Assembly: GCA_964650355.1 (NCBI GenBank)
Contig: CAZYTL010000002.1
Location: forward strand, 6,964 to 70,963
Length of the DNA: 64,000 bases
Reading direction: 5' to 3'
Origin: an uncultured Gammaproteobacteria bacterium
GTDB lineage: Bacteria > Patescibacteriota > Microgenomatia > CAYXHB01 > CAZYTL01
The notes beneath the pieces are model-generated. The model was given only the letters and a program-made list of their open reading frames with translations, was not told the DNA's origin and did no database searches. Below are positions 9,147-19,363 of this stretch, piece by piece. The position numbers and the translations under genes are program-made. Numbering within the stretch: the stretch's first letter is position 1; each line of letters starts with the position of its first letter.

Positions 9147-11711
9147 ATGGAGTTGAAAGTAACTTCGGGTGCAAAGAGGTTGATCACCTTGGCTTACCGA
9201 TTGCCTTTGATGTATCTGAATTTAGCTAAGAATTTGCCGTTGGCGATCATGGAGATTTTCGGGCTAAAGGTGCACTTAAGATATTTGTTGGTGCCCATGT
9301 TCCATGATGTGACTTGGGTGGGCAGAGGATTGTCTTTGTTTTTCCGATTGGCGATTTTGTTCAGCGGTTCTCTGCTCTGGTTACTCGTCACGGTGGCGAC
9401 TTGGTTCTTGATACCGGCTTTGATAGTGATGCCGGTGTTGGGAGTGGTACATAATCCTAATTGGTTGGTGATTTGGCTGGTGGTTTTGTTGTTAATAGTT
9501 GCCTGGCGGTTGAGCAGTAAACAACCGAACGGAAAGCTAAAATCCTCTTATAAACCTGACGACGTGCTCCTGGCATTGCCAAGAAATTTAAGTGCTCTGG
9601 TGGCTGGTTATCCCGGAAATCCCGGAAACTGGTGGTCGGACAGACAGGTGCAATTGTGGATGAGCAGAATGGAGATTAACCTGGCTGAATGGGGGAATAA
9701 TGTGGGTTTTTTGAATGAGACGAGTCAGAACGAAAAATTGACCAGAGAAATTTATAATTTAAGCCAGCAATTGGGAACTGATTACCCTGAAATCGGGGAG
9801 GTGATGTGGGCTCTGACTAACGTTGATCAAGCTATTCGAGAGGCATTGGACCAGCGGAACGTAGAGCAAGAAAATGTGGAGGAGTTGGCTAAATGGTTGA
9901 GGAGAGAGATCGGATGGTTTAGGCATTACGCTTTGTGGGACGATCGCTATGAAATCAAGGAACTAGCTGGATTTAATCGGGCAATGACTGGCACGGCAAC
10001 CCCAATTTTAGATGCTTATAGTTTTGATTTAACTATTAATGCCCATAAACTACCCGAGGCAGTTGATAGAGAAGATGCTTATGAATCAGTACTGAAAGTT
10101 TTAAGTAAGAAGGGTAATAACCATGTGATGATCATTGGGGAAACCGGCTGTGGAAAGTCTACGTTTGTGGGAGGTTTGGCTCAATTAATTATGATGGGTA
10201 ATGCTCCTGAACAAATAGCAGATAAAAGGCTGGTCAAATTAGAACCGGGTAGGTTATTAGCAGGAACAAGAACTCAAGGAGAGTTAGCCAACCGGCTATT
10301 GGGGGCAGTCGAAGACATAAAGAAATCAGAAAATATTATTTTATTCATTGACGAGATTCATACTTTGCTAACGGCAGATGAGACTTCAGGAGGATTGAAT
10401 ATGTATTCAGTGTTGGAAGAAGCTTTGTTTAGTAAAGAAATTCAGGTGATCGGAGCGACTTCGATTGAGAATTATAAAAGATATATAGAACCAAACGATG
10501 CGTTCACTAGGTTGTTTGAAGTAGTGAAACTTGATGAACCGGACGATCAGCAAGCATTGATTATCTTAGAAAACGTATCATCAGGACTGGAAGCTCTTCA
10601 CGGTGTGACAATTAGCATGCCGGCTTTGAAAGCAGCCATTGAGCTGTCCAAAAGATACATTCATGACCGGGTGTTGCCAGACAAAGCCAGGTCTCTGTTG
10701 GATGCAGCCTGTATCGACGCTAAAGGGAACGATCTGATTGTCCACTCTGAAGATGTGGCCAAAGTGGTTACCAGGTGGACAGGGGTACCTGTTACCACTC
10801 TGGGTGAGGAGGAGAAAACCAAATTGATCAATTTGGAACAGGAACTGCATCAACGTTATGTAGATCAGGAGGTGGCAGTGAAAGCGGTCGCGGATGCCCT
10901 GCGCAGAGCTCGGCTTGATATTAGAGAACAAAACCGGCCGATAGGGACTTTCATGTTTGTAGGACCTACAGGAGTAGGTAAAACAGAACTGGCCAGACGG
11001 TTATCTGAGATTTATTTCGGCAGCGAATCGGCCATGATTCGGTTGGACATGGGTGAGTTTGGCAGCCTGGAGATGATTCGCAGACTGATTGGCGCTGCTC
11101 CTGGGGAACCGGGATATGGCGAAGGTGGTGAATTAACTGAAAAAGTGAGAAGACAGCCTTCGGCTTTGTTGTTATTAGATGAAATTGAAAAGGCTCATCC
11201 TAAGGTGTGGGATTTGTTGTTACAGGTGATTGACGAAGGTAGATTAGCGGATGCGGCGGGTTTACAAGTAGATTTTACCAACACTATTATTATTACGACC
11301 AGCAATGCGGTGACTGGTTATATTAGCGAACAACTTAAAGCTGGTAAGGAACTGGAGAGTATTAAAGATCGGGTGTTTGATGAGTTGTTAAAAACTTTTA
11401 AGATTGAATTTTTAAACCGCTTTGACGGGATTATTCCTTTTGGGCCTTTGAGTGAGCAAGATATGGAGCAAGTGGTGCGGATTCAATTGGAGCGATTAAC
11501 AGAGAGATTAGAGGAAAAGAAGGTGCAAATTAAATATACGCCAGAGCTAATTCATCAACTGGCAGTTCAAGGAACTGATCCTCGCTTGGGAGCCCGACCG
11601 TTGAGAAGATTAATTCAAGATAAGTTGGAATCGCAATTGGCCAAGATATTGTTGAACCGGGAGAAAGAGAAGGAAATTTCGGTGACCTTGGATGAAAAAA
11701 TTTTGGCTTAA
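9147..11711 (+). CDS. ClpA/B-type double AAA+ ATPase with N-terminal transmembrane region
   Basis: GETGCGKS/LFIDEIH, RYIHDRVLPDKA, GPTGVGKTE/LLDEIEKAHP, GARPLRR. Start at 9147 is supported by TACAAT 6 nt upstream. Confidence 0.92.
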   Translation: MELKVTSGAKRLITLAYRLPLMYLNLAKNLPLAIMEIFGLKVHLRYLLVPMFHDVTWVGRGLSLFFRLAILFSGSLLWLLVTVATWFLIPALIVMPVLGVVHNPNWLVIWLVVLLLIVAWRLSSKQPNGKLKSSYKPDDVLLALPRNLSALVAGYPGNPGNWWSDRQVQLWMSRMEINLAEWGNNVGFLNETSQNEKLTREIYNLSQQLGTDYPEIGEVMWALTNVDQAIREALDQRNVEQENVEELAKWLRREIGWFRHYALWDDRYEIKELAGFNRAMTGTATPILDAYSFDLTINAHKLPEAVDREDAYESVLKVLSKKGNNHVMIIGETGCGKSTFVGGLAQLIMMGNAPEQIADKRLVKLEPGRLLAGTRTQGELANRLLGAVEDIKKSENIILFIDEIHTLLTADETSGGLNMYSVLEEALFSKEIQVIGATSIENYKRYIEPNDAFTRLFEVVKLDEPDDQQALIILENVSSGLEALHGVTISMPALKAAIELSKRYIHDRVLPDKARSLLDAACIDAKGNDLIVHSEDVAKVVTRWTGVPVTTLGEEEKTKLINLEQELHQRYVDQEVAVKAVADALRRARLDIREQNRPIGTFMFVGPTGVGKTELARRLSEIYFGSESAMIRLDMGEFGSLEMIRRLIGAAPGEPGYGEGGELTEKVRRQPSALLLLDEIEKAHPKVWDLLLQVIDEGRLADAAGLQVDFTNTIIITTSNAVTGYISEQLKAGKELESIKDRVFDELLKTFKIEFLNRFDGIIPFGPLSEQDMEQVVRIQLERLTERLEEKKVQIKYTPELIHQLAVQGTDPRLGARPLRRLIQDKLESQLAKILLNREKEKEISVTLDEKILA

Positions 11712-12148
11712 GAGGAGCGCAGTATTTTACCGGCTTTGGTAAAGAAGTGACGGGCTTTGGAAGCCGTATTTTTGAGTTGTTGAGAAACTGATGAGGATTC
11801 CGGTACAGTAGTTGGTGTTTTCCCCTCATTTTGAACATCTGGAGAAGTATTGTCTGGATTCGATTGAAGGACGGATTGAATTTGTTTAACTTCCTCGACG
11901 ACTTCTTCTTTAAGGCTTTGCGGATGATCCTCTATCTGACTGCTTAACTCGTCAAGAATTTCCGGTAGTTGCTCGGCTACTTGTTTGGCCTTTTTTAACA
12001 GATCCTTTTTGATTTTTCCTCCTTGCTTGTGTGCAGAAAGATAGGCAATACCGGCGCCAATCACCGCGCCAGTGAGCACTCCTAAATAAAACTGCTGACG
12101 GTGAGGGGCCGGTTCAGAGGAAGGAGCCGTGGGAGTGGGTTTAGTCAT
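11708..12148 (-). CDS. YtxH-like membrane-anchored protein
   Basis: FYLGVLTGAVIGAGIAYLSA..GGKIKKDL pattern followed by coiled coil. Confidence 0.7.
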   Translation of the reverse strand: MTKPTPTAPSSEPAPHRQQFYLGVLTGAVIGAGIAYLSAHKQGGKIKKDLLKKAKQVAEQLPEILDELSSQIEDHPQSLKEEVVEEVKQIQSVLQSNPDNTSPDVQNEGKTPTTVPESSSVSQQLKNTASKARHFFTKAGKILRSS

Positions 12149-12422
12149 GGGATGATGATTTGGACTTTTTCTCAAATTTTGAAGTAAACAAATTGATGAG
12201 TTTAGCTCCGTCTTTCAGGCCGGTGAGAAAACCGGAAAAAGACACCACGGGCTCGGCCACCGATTGAGAAATCCGGTTGGCATCATCCAAGATTTGGTTG
12301 ATTTTAGTAATAGTTTCCTTTAATTCCTGGAGAATGAGCACAATTTGGTAGCCAATGATGATAAACAGAGCAGTGAGGCTAATGGCGATGATGATACCGA
12401 TGAGTTGGGTGATAGTAAGCAT
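12141..12422 (-). CDS. Small TM plus coiled-coil protein (YtxG/DUF948-like)
   Basis: One long N-terminal TM, then ELKETITKINQILDD; paired with the YtxH-like gene. Confidence 0.65.
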   Translation of the reverse strand: MLTITQLIGIIIAISLTALFIIIGYQIVLILQELKETITKINQILDDANRISQSVAEPVVSFSGFLTGLKDGAKLINLFTSKFEKKSKSSSHD

Positions 12423-12620
12423 AAAAGTATATTGGTCTATTGTTTCTCTATTATGTTTATTCTAATTTAACCAATCTATCCAGTAAGAGCAAGGGGTGGT
12501 AGTAAAACCAAGTTCTAATTTGCCAGATGACGAAAGACTGTGTAACTCCTGTTGCTAATGATTTAATTTAATCTGTTTTGCTGTTGACAATTATTGATTG
12601 ATAATTGGAACTTATCAGAG

Positions 12621-13262
12621 TTATTCCTTCAATCTCACCTCAATATGCCTGACCAACGTGGTGGTGTATCCGCGGTTGTTGGTAGCTTCGACAGTAACGG
12701 TGGCAGAGCCGGCAGGTAAGTTTAATTGGCTGGAAAAACTCCCGTCGGCGTTGACAACCACTAACTGACGGTTAACCGATACCACGGCCGAAGGATCAGC
12801 ACTGCCGGTTACTGAAATGTCAGGTCCTAAGACAATTTCCCCTTCCGCCGGAACCAGCACTTCCAATTTAGGCTGAATCAGGCTCTGATATTGAGAGGCG
12901 ATAAAGCCGACAAAAATTAACACTAGGATGGCAATGACTGCTGCCAAAGTAGCTTTAGGGGTCCAGAGAAAGCGACGGTCTGACAAAGGTTTGATCATGC
13001 TTCGAGGAACGATTTGTCCTTGATCATCTTCAGTAAAATCCCGGCGAAATATTGACAAGATGGTTTTAACAGGCAGATTTAAATACTGGGCGTAGTTTTT
13101 GATAAATCCCTTGGCATAGGTACCTGAAGGCAGTAGATGGTATTGATCGTTTTCCAAGGCTTTCAGATATTTAACCCTTATTTTAGTGGCCTTTTCCACA
13201 TCAACCAGGGTGATGGCCTTTTTTTCTCTGGCGGACTTAAGTAATTGACCGGCGGTTTTCAT
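12621..13262 (-). CDS. RodZ-like HTH-TM protein with C-terminal Ig-like domain
   Basis: GQLLKSAREKK...TKIRVKYLKALE...YAKGFIKNYAQYL, TM, beta-rich C-terminus; downstream of ftsK. Confidence 0.85.
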   Translation of the reverse strand: MKTAGQLLKSAREKKAITLVDVEKATKIRVKYLKALENDQYHLLPSGTYAKGFIKNYAQYLNLPVKTILSIFRRDFTEDDQGQIVPRSMIKPLSDRRFLWTPKATLAAVIAILVLIFVGFIASQYQSLIQPKLEVLVPAEGEIVLGPDISVTGSADPSAVVSVNRQLVVVNADGSFSSQLNLPAGSATVTVEATNNRGYTTTLVRHIEVRLKE

Positions 13263-13395
13263 AGCTCAGAGTTGGTAAGATAAAAATTTCTAGAGGCGTC
13301 GTTGATTAATGCGAATGTGTATAGACTGATTTTACCAAAGATGTGGAGGCAGCTTTTGTTTAACCAGGATGAACCGTTTACACTTCAGGAACGGA

Positions 13396-15588
13396 TTAAC
13401 TTGTTGAAGCTTTCCCAGCTATATATTCTGAGATGGCTCCCATGCGCACTTCTCTGGGTTTGGAACCGTCTGCAGGACCGACTAAGCCGGCGGCTTCCAT
13501 CTGATCTAAAATTCTGGCTGCTCGGGCATAGCCGATAGATAATTTACGCTGGAGAAGAGAGGCGGAGGCATTGTCGGAAGTCATTAACCTGACTGCCTGG
13601 TCGAAAAGTTCATCCCTGTCCTCTTCACTCGGGGTACCGGCACCTCTACCCATACCAGAAGTGATTTTGCCCGTAGGAGTAGTGGTGACTTCTTCGGTGT
13701 ATTCCACGGGAACACCCTGGCTCTTGTGGAAATCGATCAAGCGGCGAATTTCATTGTCAGAAATAAAGGTCCCTTGAACCCGGGAAGGCTTGGCTTGATC
13801 CGGGGGAAGAAAGAGCATATCTCCCTGGCCCAGGAGTTTCTCTGCTCCCGGAGTATCCAGAACTACCCGGGAATCAGTCATGGAAGAAACCGCAAAAGCA
13901 ATTCGGGCTGGGATATTGGCCTTGATCAGTCCGGTTAGTACGTCAACCGAAGGTCTTTGGGTGGCAATTACCAGATGAATGCCGGTGGCCCTGGCCATTT
14001 GGGCGATGCGACAGATGAGATCTTCTACTTCGGAAGGGGCAAACATGATAATATCCGCCAATTCGTCGATGACTATCACGATGTAGGGGAGGGCTTGGAA
14101 TCCGGATACTTCATTGTATGCTTCCAAGTTCCTGGCTCCTACTTCGGAGAACAGTTTATAACGTCTTTCCATTTCTTGAGTGGACCACTTGAGAGCAGAG
14201 ATGACTTTTTTAGGATCAACAATCACCGGGGTTAGCAGATGAGCAACACCGTTGTAGCGAGTCAATTCTACCCGCTTAGGGTCGACAAGGATGAATTTAA
14301 CTTCAACGGGAGAGGCCCGGAATAGAATTGTGGCAATAAAGGCATTAATGCACACTGATTTGCCACTGCCGGTTGCGCCGGCGATGAGTAAATGAGGCAT
14401 GCGGGGGAGATTAAAGCTGACCGGATTGCCAGCTACATCTAATCCCAGACCAAAGGTGAGTTTGGATTTAGCCTGTTGCATGGCTTCGGACTGCAGAATC
14501 TGGCGTAATCCTACAAATTCTGGCGATAAATTCGGCAATTCTATCCCCACTAAGGAACGGCCGGGAATAGGCGCTTCGACCCGAATCTGGCCCGTGCGAG
14601 CGGCGAGAGCCAGAGCCAGATCAGAATTTAAGGCGGTGATTTTGGATAATTTGGTACCCAGGGCGACTTCCAAAGCGTATTGGGTGACTGCCGGACCGCG
14701 GTTGACTTCAATAACCTTGGCATTAATGTTAAAAGATTCCAGGGTTCGTTCAATAACCGAGGCGTTCTTTTTGATGTCTCCCCGATCCGCCTTACCAGAG
14801 ATATGCTCATCCAGGAGGGAAAGGGGAGGCAGTTCCCAAATTTGGTTGGTGGGATGAAGATTCATAGTAGGGGAGAGGTCGTCACTGTCTACCGGTGGCT
14901 GATCCGGAACAGGGGTTGGAGCAGTAGAAGAGGCGGATGCGGCACCTGAAGCAGCAGGCTGGTCGGTAGTCCCGGACTCCGGATATTGTCCGCCCTTAAT
15001 AATTAACTCACGCTCTGACGAAGATTTATCAGTAGCTAATTCCTGGTTTTGACCGGTAATGATCATTAAGGTTTTGCGCAGTTGATGAAGAACTTTCATC
15101 AAAGCCAGCACTACTTGATCAAGAGCCAAGTTGAACAAAACCATGGCGCCAATAATTAAAGAACTGAAGAGGAGTAATAAAGTACCGGGAGTAGTGACTA
15201 CTAAAGCCAGGCTTTGCCAGATTTCCGTGCCGACACTGCCTGCTCGGGTTAACCCAGCAAAAGAGATGATTACCAGAATGGTACCTACCAGCACATGAGG
15301 CCGGGTAATCGGCAAGGAGTAGTTGGCCAAGATTAAGCCGATGACAAAGATGAGAAAGGGTAGAAAAATCGCTGTCCACCCTAAATACTGTTGGAGAAGC
15401 TGGTTTAGATGCAAGAGCTGGGAGGTTTGACCGGTGAAGGAGATAGCTATCACCCCGGCAACAACTAGAGTAGCCAAGGCGGCAATGCTCTGGAGGGTGC
15501 CTTTTTTAAGCTTAAGCTTGAAGCTGCGGCGATTTAAGCCAGAGCGCTTGCGCCGTCGACTGACTGAACGTTTTTTCTTTTTAGCCAT
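13396..15588 (-). CDS. ftsK: DNA translocase FtsK/SpoIIIE
   Basis: TM N-terminus, PHLLIAGATGSGKSV, DELAD, ATQRPS, gamma domain SASLLQRKLSIGYARAARI. Confidence 0.97.
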   Translation of the reverse strand: MAKKKKRSVSRRRKRSGLNRRSFKLKLKKGTLQSIAALATLVVAGVIAISFTGQTSQLLHLNQLLQQYLGWTAIFLPFLIFVIGLILANYSLPITRPHVLVGTILVIISFAGLTRAGSVGTEIWQSLALVVTTPGTLLLLFSSLIIGAMVLFNLALDQVVLALMKVLHQLRKTLMIITGQNQELATDKSSSERELIIKGGQYPESGTTDQPAASGAASASSTAPTPVPDQPPVDSDDLSPTMNLHPTNQIWELPPLSLLDEHISGKADRGDIKKNASVIERTLESFNINAKVIEVNRGPAVTQYALEVALGTKLSKITALNSDLALALAARTGQIRVEAPIPGRSLVGIELPNLSPEFVGLRQILQSEAMQQAKSKLTFGLGLDVAGNPVSFNLPRMPHLLIAGATGSGKSVCINAFIATILFRASPVEVKFILVDPKRVELTRYNGVAHLLTPVIVDPKKVISALKWSTQEMERRYKLFSEVGARNLEAYNEVSGFQALPYIVIVIDELADIIMFAPSEVEDLICRIAQMARATGIHLVIATQRPSVDVLTGLIKANIPARIAFAVSSMTDSRVVLDTPGAEKLLGQGDMLFLPPDQAKPSRVQGTFISDNEIRRLIDFHKSQGVPVEYTEEVTTTPTGKITSGMGRGAGTPSEEDRDELFDQAVRLMTSDNASASLLQRKLSIGYARAARILDQMEAAGLVGPADGSKPREVRMGAISEYIAGKASTS

Positions 15589-15727
15589 AGACTAATGATT
15601 AGAAAGTAGAAACTAAGGTTAGTTCTCGTACCTCAACTATAGCACAGGCAGAGAAGTTACTTAAGGAAGAAATAATAGACGCTCTAAGTTAATGGTTTTT
15701 GACTTAAAGATTTCTCAGACTAGTTAC

Positions 15728-16210
15728 TCATGTCTGAGTGTTGGCCCTGACGGAGACGGTCTGGTATTGAGTAAGATGTTTGAGGACTATTTGATTTTTG
15801 ATGTTAACTCCCTTGGTTTGATCGCCGGCACCCATGCTCCAGGTTTCCAAAGCGAATGCATCTTTATCGATGAGAATCGGTAAGTCCAGTACGAGAGGAT
15901 TAATCCCGCCCGGGTGGTAACCAAACTTGTTTTCTAGAGTTTGTTTGTCTACAACGCTCCATTTACCCACTATTTGTTTAAGTTTTGACTGATCAATTCG
16001 ATCATCGCCTTTGAGGATCACTGCCTTGAATCCGTCTTTTGTAGAAATAACCAAGGTCTTTATAGCAGTGTGTGGATCATAATTATTATCAATTGAAGTG
16101 TCTCTGGTTCGGGCCGAAACTGCTATGTCGGTGAAGGTTATTTCTTCGAAGGGAATCCCTCGTTGTGTGAGATTTTGTTTGATGATATCAAACGTGACTT
16201 CAGCTCTCAT
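15728..16210 (-). CDS. YbaK/ProX-family (INS superfamily) aminoacyl-tRNA deacylase
   Basis: 160 aa; AIKTLVI (conserved Lys), GYHPGGINP (GxxxP loop), ILIDK, SMGAG. Confidence 0.85.
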   Translation of the reverse strand: MRAEVTFDIIKQNLTQRGIPFEEITFTDIAVSARTRDTSIDNNYDPHTAIKTLVISTKDGFKAVILKGDDRIDQSKLKQIVGKWSVVDKQTLENKFGYHPGGINPLVLDLPILIDKDAFALETWSMGAGDQTKGVNIKNQIVLKHLTQYQTVSVRANTQT

Positions 16211-16329
16211 GATTAAGATGCTTCTTAAACTTTTTAGGTAAAAATTTTTGTTTGCCGACCATCACTAAGATAAATAGATATTACGCTGAACACGCGTCTA
16301 TAACGACATGAGGATACTCACTTTTGAGT

Positions 16330-17403
16330 TCAGTTTAGTGATTGTACATAATCTTTAAGTATCAAGCAATATGTTTCTAGGCTAGAAATATCTACCCATT
16401 CGTTGTCCGAGCCAATATTTCCGCCTTTTGGTCCAAATTCCACCCCTTCACAGTTAACTTTTATAAAATGTCTTACATCAGAAGATCCATGGGTCTTGTA
16501 AATGGTTACCTTATTATTGGTTATCTTTTTGGTTATTAGATGTAACTTCTTTAAATACTGATTATTTTTATCGACTGTGGTGGCAGGTTCGTCCACAACA
16601 ACTTTTACTTTGAAATCTTTGGGAACAAGTTCTTTAATTCTTTCTAAGATGGTATTGGCATCATTAGGAATAAAGCGAATGTCAAGCCACACAGTACAAT
16701 CATCCGGTATTTTATTAAACGAGTTGTTGTTGGTTTCAATTTTGCTTAGATTAACAGTAGTCTTCCATTGCTCTGAAATGGGTAAGGGAAAATTTTTTCT
16801 AAGAATGTTTAGAAATTTGTTCATTTTCCATAAAGCATTTTCTCCTCTCCAGAGGTATGCGCTGTGCGATGTCTTTCCGGAACAACTAACTTTTAAACAT
16901 AAAATTCCTTTAGCTTGATTAACAATGTTGAGATTCGTTGGTTCTCCCGTGATCACGAAATCTGCTCTAACTCCTTTATTTATCTGGTGTTTTGTGCCGT
17001 TAAATCCGCCAATTTGTTCGTCTGTTACCAGCTGTAAACCCAGAGGATAATTAACTTTATTAGCCATTTCCTTAAACACCATTATTAGGCAAGCGACACT
17101 GGCCTTCATATCTAGAGATCCAACACCAGATAATCTGTTCCTTTTTATGGTAGCTAGATATTGATGTTCCTTTCCTGGTATTACGTCAAGATGGCCATTC
17201 AGAATGAGCTTATACTTGTTTGAATTTATTTTTGGGCTATGGACCAAGACGCTTTTTATTCCTTGCTTTTCGAATCTTTCTACTTTAAATTCCCTTAGAT
17301 TTGATAGCGCAAGTTCCAGAATCTCATCCAATGCTGTTAAATTGTTAAAAGTAGATCTGATTGATATAAATTGTTTCGTTAAAGGTAAAATTTTGTCTAA
17401 CAT
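16330..17403 (-). CDS. M20/ArgE/DapE-family amidohydrolase with altered metal site
   Basis: LNGHLDVIP, GSLDMK, TDEQIGG, ITGEPT, GKTSHSA, NKIPD, GSSD. Confidence 0.9.
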   Translation of the reverse strand: MLDKILPLTKQFISIRSTFNNLTALDEILELALSNLREFKVERFEKQGIKSVLVHSPKINSNKYKLILNGHLDVIPGKEHQYLATIKRNRLSGVGSLDMKASVACLIMVFKEMANKVNYPLGLQLVTDEQIGGFNGTKHQINKGVRADFVITGEPTNLNIVNQAKGILCLKVSCSGKTSHSAYLWRGENALWKMNKFLNILRKNFPLPISEQWKTTVNLSKIETNNNSFNKIPDDCTVWLDIRFIPNDANTILERIKELVPKDFKVKVVVDEPATTVDKNNQYLKKLHLITKKITNNKVTIYKTHGSSDVRHFIKVNCEGVEFGPKGGNIGSDNEWVDISSLETYCLILKDYVQSLN

Positions 17404-17418
17404 AATTCTTGATTAATA

Positions 17419-19212
17419 TTACGATGAAATCGGAGCGGAAATCATTTCTCTTGTTCCATGAAGCCTTCCCATGTGAGCTTCTTCAGAATCCGATGGAACT
17501 AGGATTCTGATTCCACCCATAAATTCTGCACTGCCTCTCACTAAAGAGAAAAATGCTCTGTCCATAACCGCAAAAGTTGCTCCATTAGTACTATCATTTA
17601 CAACGAGAGATTCTATTTCGGGTTGAATTAGGTAAGGTCCCCTTAAGGCCAACATCTCCTTCAGCCATGATATATTACTACGATCGAAAAGATTCATGGT
17701 TTTTTGGCCATAACCGCCAAATACACCTTGCAATGGCTTGACTCGAAAGGCAGATAATTGTGACAACCCACGAGAATTCATAAAATCATTAAAGGTTTTG
17801 GTTACAGAAATTTTCTCGCCTTCAACAGACGCAACAACATCGTTGACGGCATCAACTCGAAAGCCCATAGCCATTAAGGGTAAAGCAACTTTGCTATCTT
17901 TTAAACGTTTTGGGTCGCCAATTGGCCAACCGGGATCATCGATATTTAAGGTGAGGGCATTTTCCCTTATTATTCTCCTCAAATTTGGATCTACCAATAA
18001 TGGATTTTCTACCCCTACTGTTGGATCTTTTAATTTAGATATCGGATCGGACGGACGAACATATAAAAGGCAATTGCATTGCCCACTATCTTGTTCTAAG
18101 TGTTTAAGAAATTCATCCGGCCCCCATAAGTCGTTAAAACCAGATATCTGAAAGACTTCTTCAGAGGTCAGATCCTGAACTCCTACCTTACCGAACTCAG
18201 TCTCCCGCATGTCTTCAAGCTTTTCTCTAGTCGGAGCAAGCAATACGATTGGCTTTTGATGTTGGGCTCTGATGATATCAAGTTGTTCTCTAAATCTAGT
18301 GCCAAGTAGTCCTCCACCGCCTAGTGTTTCTATCAACCCATACATAGCAATTGAAGGTTCGAATTCGAATATCCTGTCGCGTAAAGTGTTTATTACGTCT
18401 TCAGCACCAGGAGCGCCTGCTCCGGTGAGTAACTCTTGTGATAAACCAGCTATATCGACCTGAAAGAAAGGCTCTGTAATGTGACCACCGGTCATCCTTA
18501 CACAATGCTGGTATGCTAGTTTATGTCCTTCGTTATTTCCTGGAACAAATTGGGAAAAAACCCGTGCGTGCTCTTCAACCAACCTACTCAAACCGTCAAT
18601 GACTTTTGGCGGAAATCTAATTTGATAGTCTGGAGCATATTCGAAAGGTCCTAAGGTAGAAGGGATATCCTCTCGAGTGATGACGTTTTCAAGTCTTATT
18701 TTCTCTCCTGGTCGCGGTTGTTCTGAAGCGTAAGAGAACATTCTTGTTTCAACTACCTCCCGTATTGACATGGCACTCAGACCGTCACCGTTTAGTGCGT
18801 TTTGGCCTATTGCATGTAACCCAAGGTGAATAAAATCAGCATCTACTAGATGGCGAACGACCCTACCTCGGACCAGTGAATGATCCCAACCATGTCTTCG
18901 TACATCCTGAAAAAGGCTATCTTGAACATTCTGTGGTGTTATTCCTGCCAAATTTTTAGTCTGCGTGTCTTCAATTCCCTTGTCTGGGGGAAGTGGAATT
19001 AATGAAGGATCTTGCAATGCCTGGTTAACTCGCAAGTCACCTACCCGATTTAAGTCTTCCAGACAAGCCACATGAATTCCATTTTGTGCAGCCCACAACA
19101 CAATACCCTGAAACCTTGCTATCTGAACAAGTTTTTTCGGGGTAAGGCCAATCCCATTATTCTCTGCTATGAATGGGGATATTAAATGGTTGAATTCTAG
19201 TTGTTTTTTCAT
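17419..19212 (-). CDS. Uncharacterised 597-aa protein, probable circularly permuted ATP-grasp (GspS-like) amide ligase
   Basis: Ordered motifs FQVDI...IFEFE...DSKVAL...VKPLQGVFGGYG...YLIQ...GGIR. The ORF is certain; the fold is inferred by eye. Confidence 0.6.
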   Translation of the reverse strand: MKKQLEFNHLISPFIAENNGIGLTPKKLVQIARFQGIVLWAAQNGIHVACLEDLNRVGDLRVNQALQDPSLIPLPPDKGIEDTQTKNLAGITPQNVQDSLFQDVRRHGWDHSLVRGRVVRHLVDADFIHLGLHAIGQNALNGDGLSAMSIREVVETRMFSYASEQPRPGEKIRLENVITREDIPSTLGPFEYAPDYQIRFPPKVIDGLSRLVEEHARVFSQFVPGNNEGHKLAYQHCVRMTGGHITEPFFQVDIAGLSQELLTGAGAPGAEDVINTLRDRIFEFEPSIAMYGLIETLGGGGLLGTRFREQLDIIRAQHQKPIVLLAPTREKLEDMRETEFGKVGVQDLTSEEVFQISGFNDLWGPDEFLKHLEQDSGQCNCLLYVRPSDPISKLKDPTVGVENPLLVDPNLRRIIRENALTLNIDDPGWPIGDPKRLKDSKVALPLMAMGFRVDAVNDVVASVEGEKISVTKTFNDFMNSRGLSQLSAFRVKPLQGVFGGYGQKTMNLFDRSNISWLKEMLALRGPYLIQPEIESLVVNDSTNGATFAVMDRAFFSLVRGSAEFMGGIRILVPSDSEEAHMGRLHGTREMISAPISS

Positions 19213-19317
19213 CTTTAAATCTGAAAATTAAAAGATTAGTTTGTATATAGAGCTGGACTCTATCTGGACGAAAACGCTACAGACCGGCGCGTTGTCGTTC
19301 TGCCACCTGCGGGCATT

Positions 19318-19363
19318 AAAAAAGCCCTTACGAATTCTCAAGATATTAAGAATTCGCAAGGGC
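19318..19363 (-). terminator. T-box intrinsic terminator
   Basis: GCCCTTGCGAATTCT...AGAATTCGTAAGGGC plus TTTTTT; mutually exclusive with the antiterminator. Confidence 0.92.
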
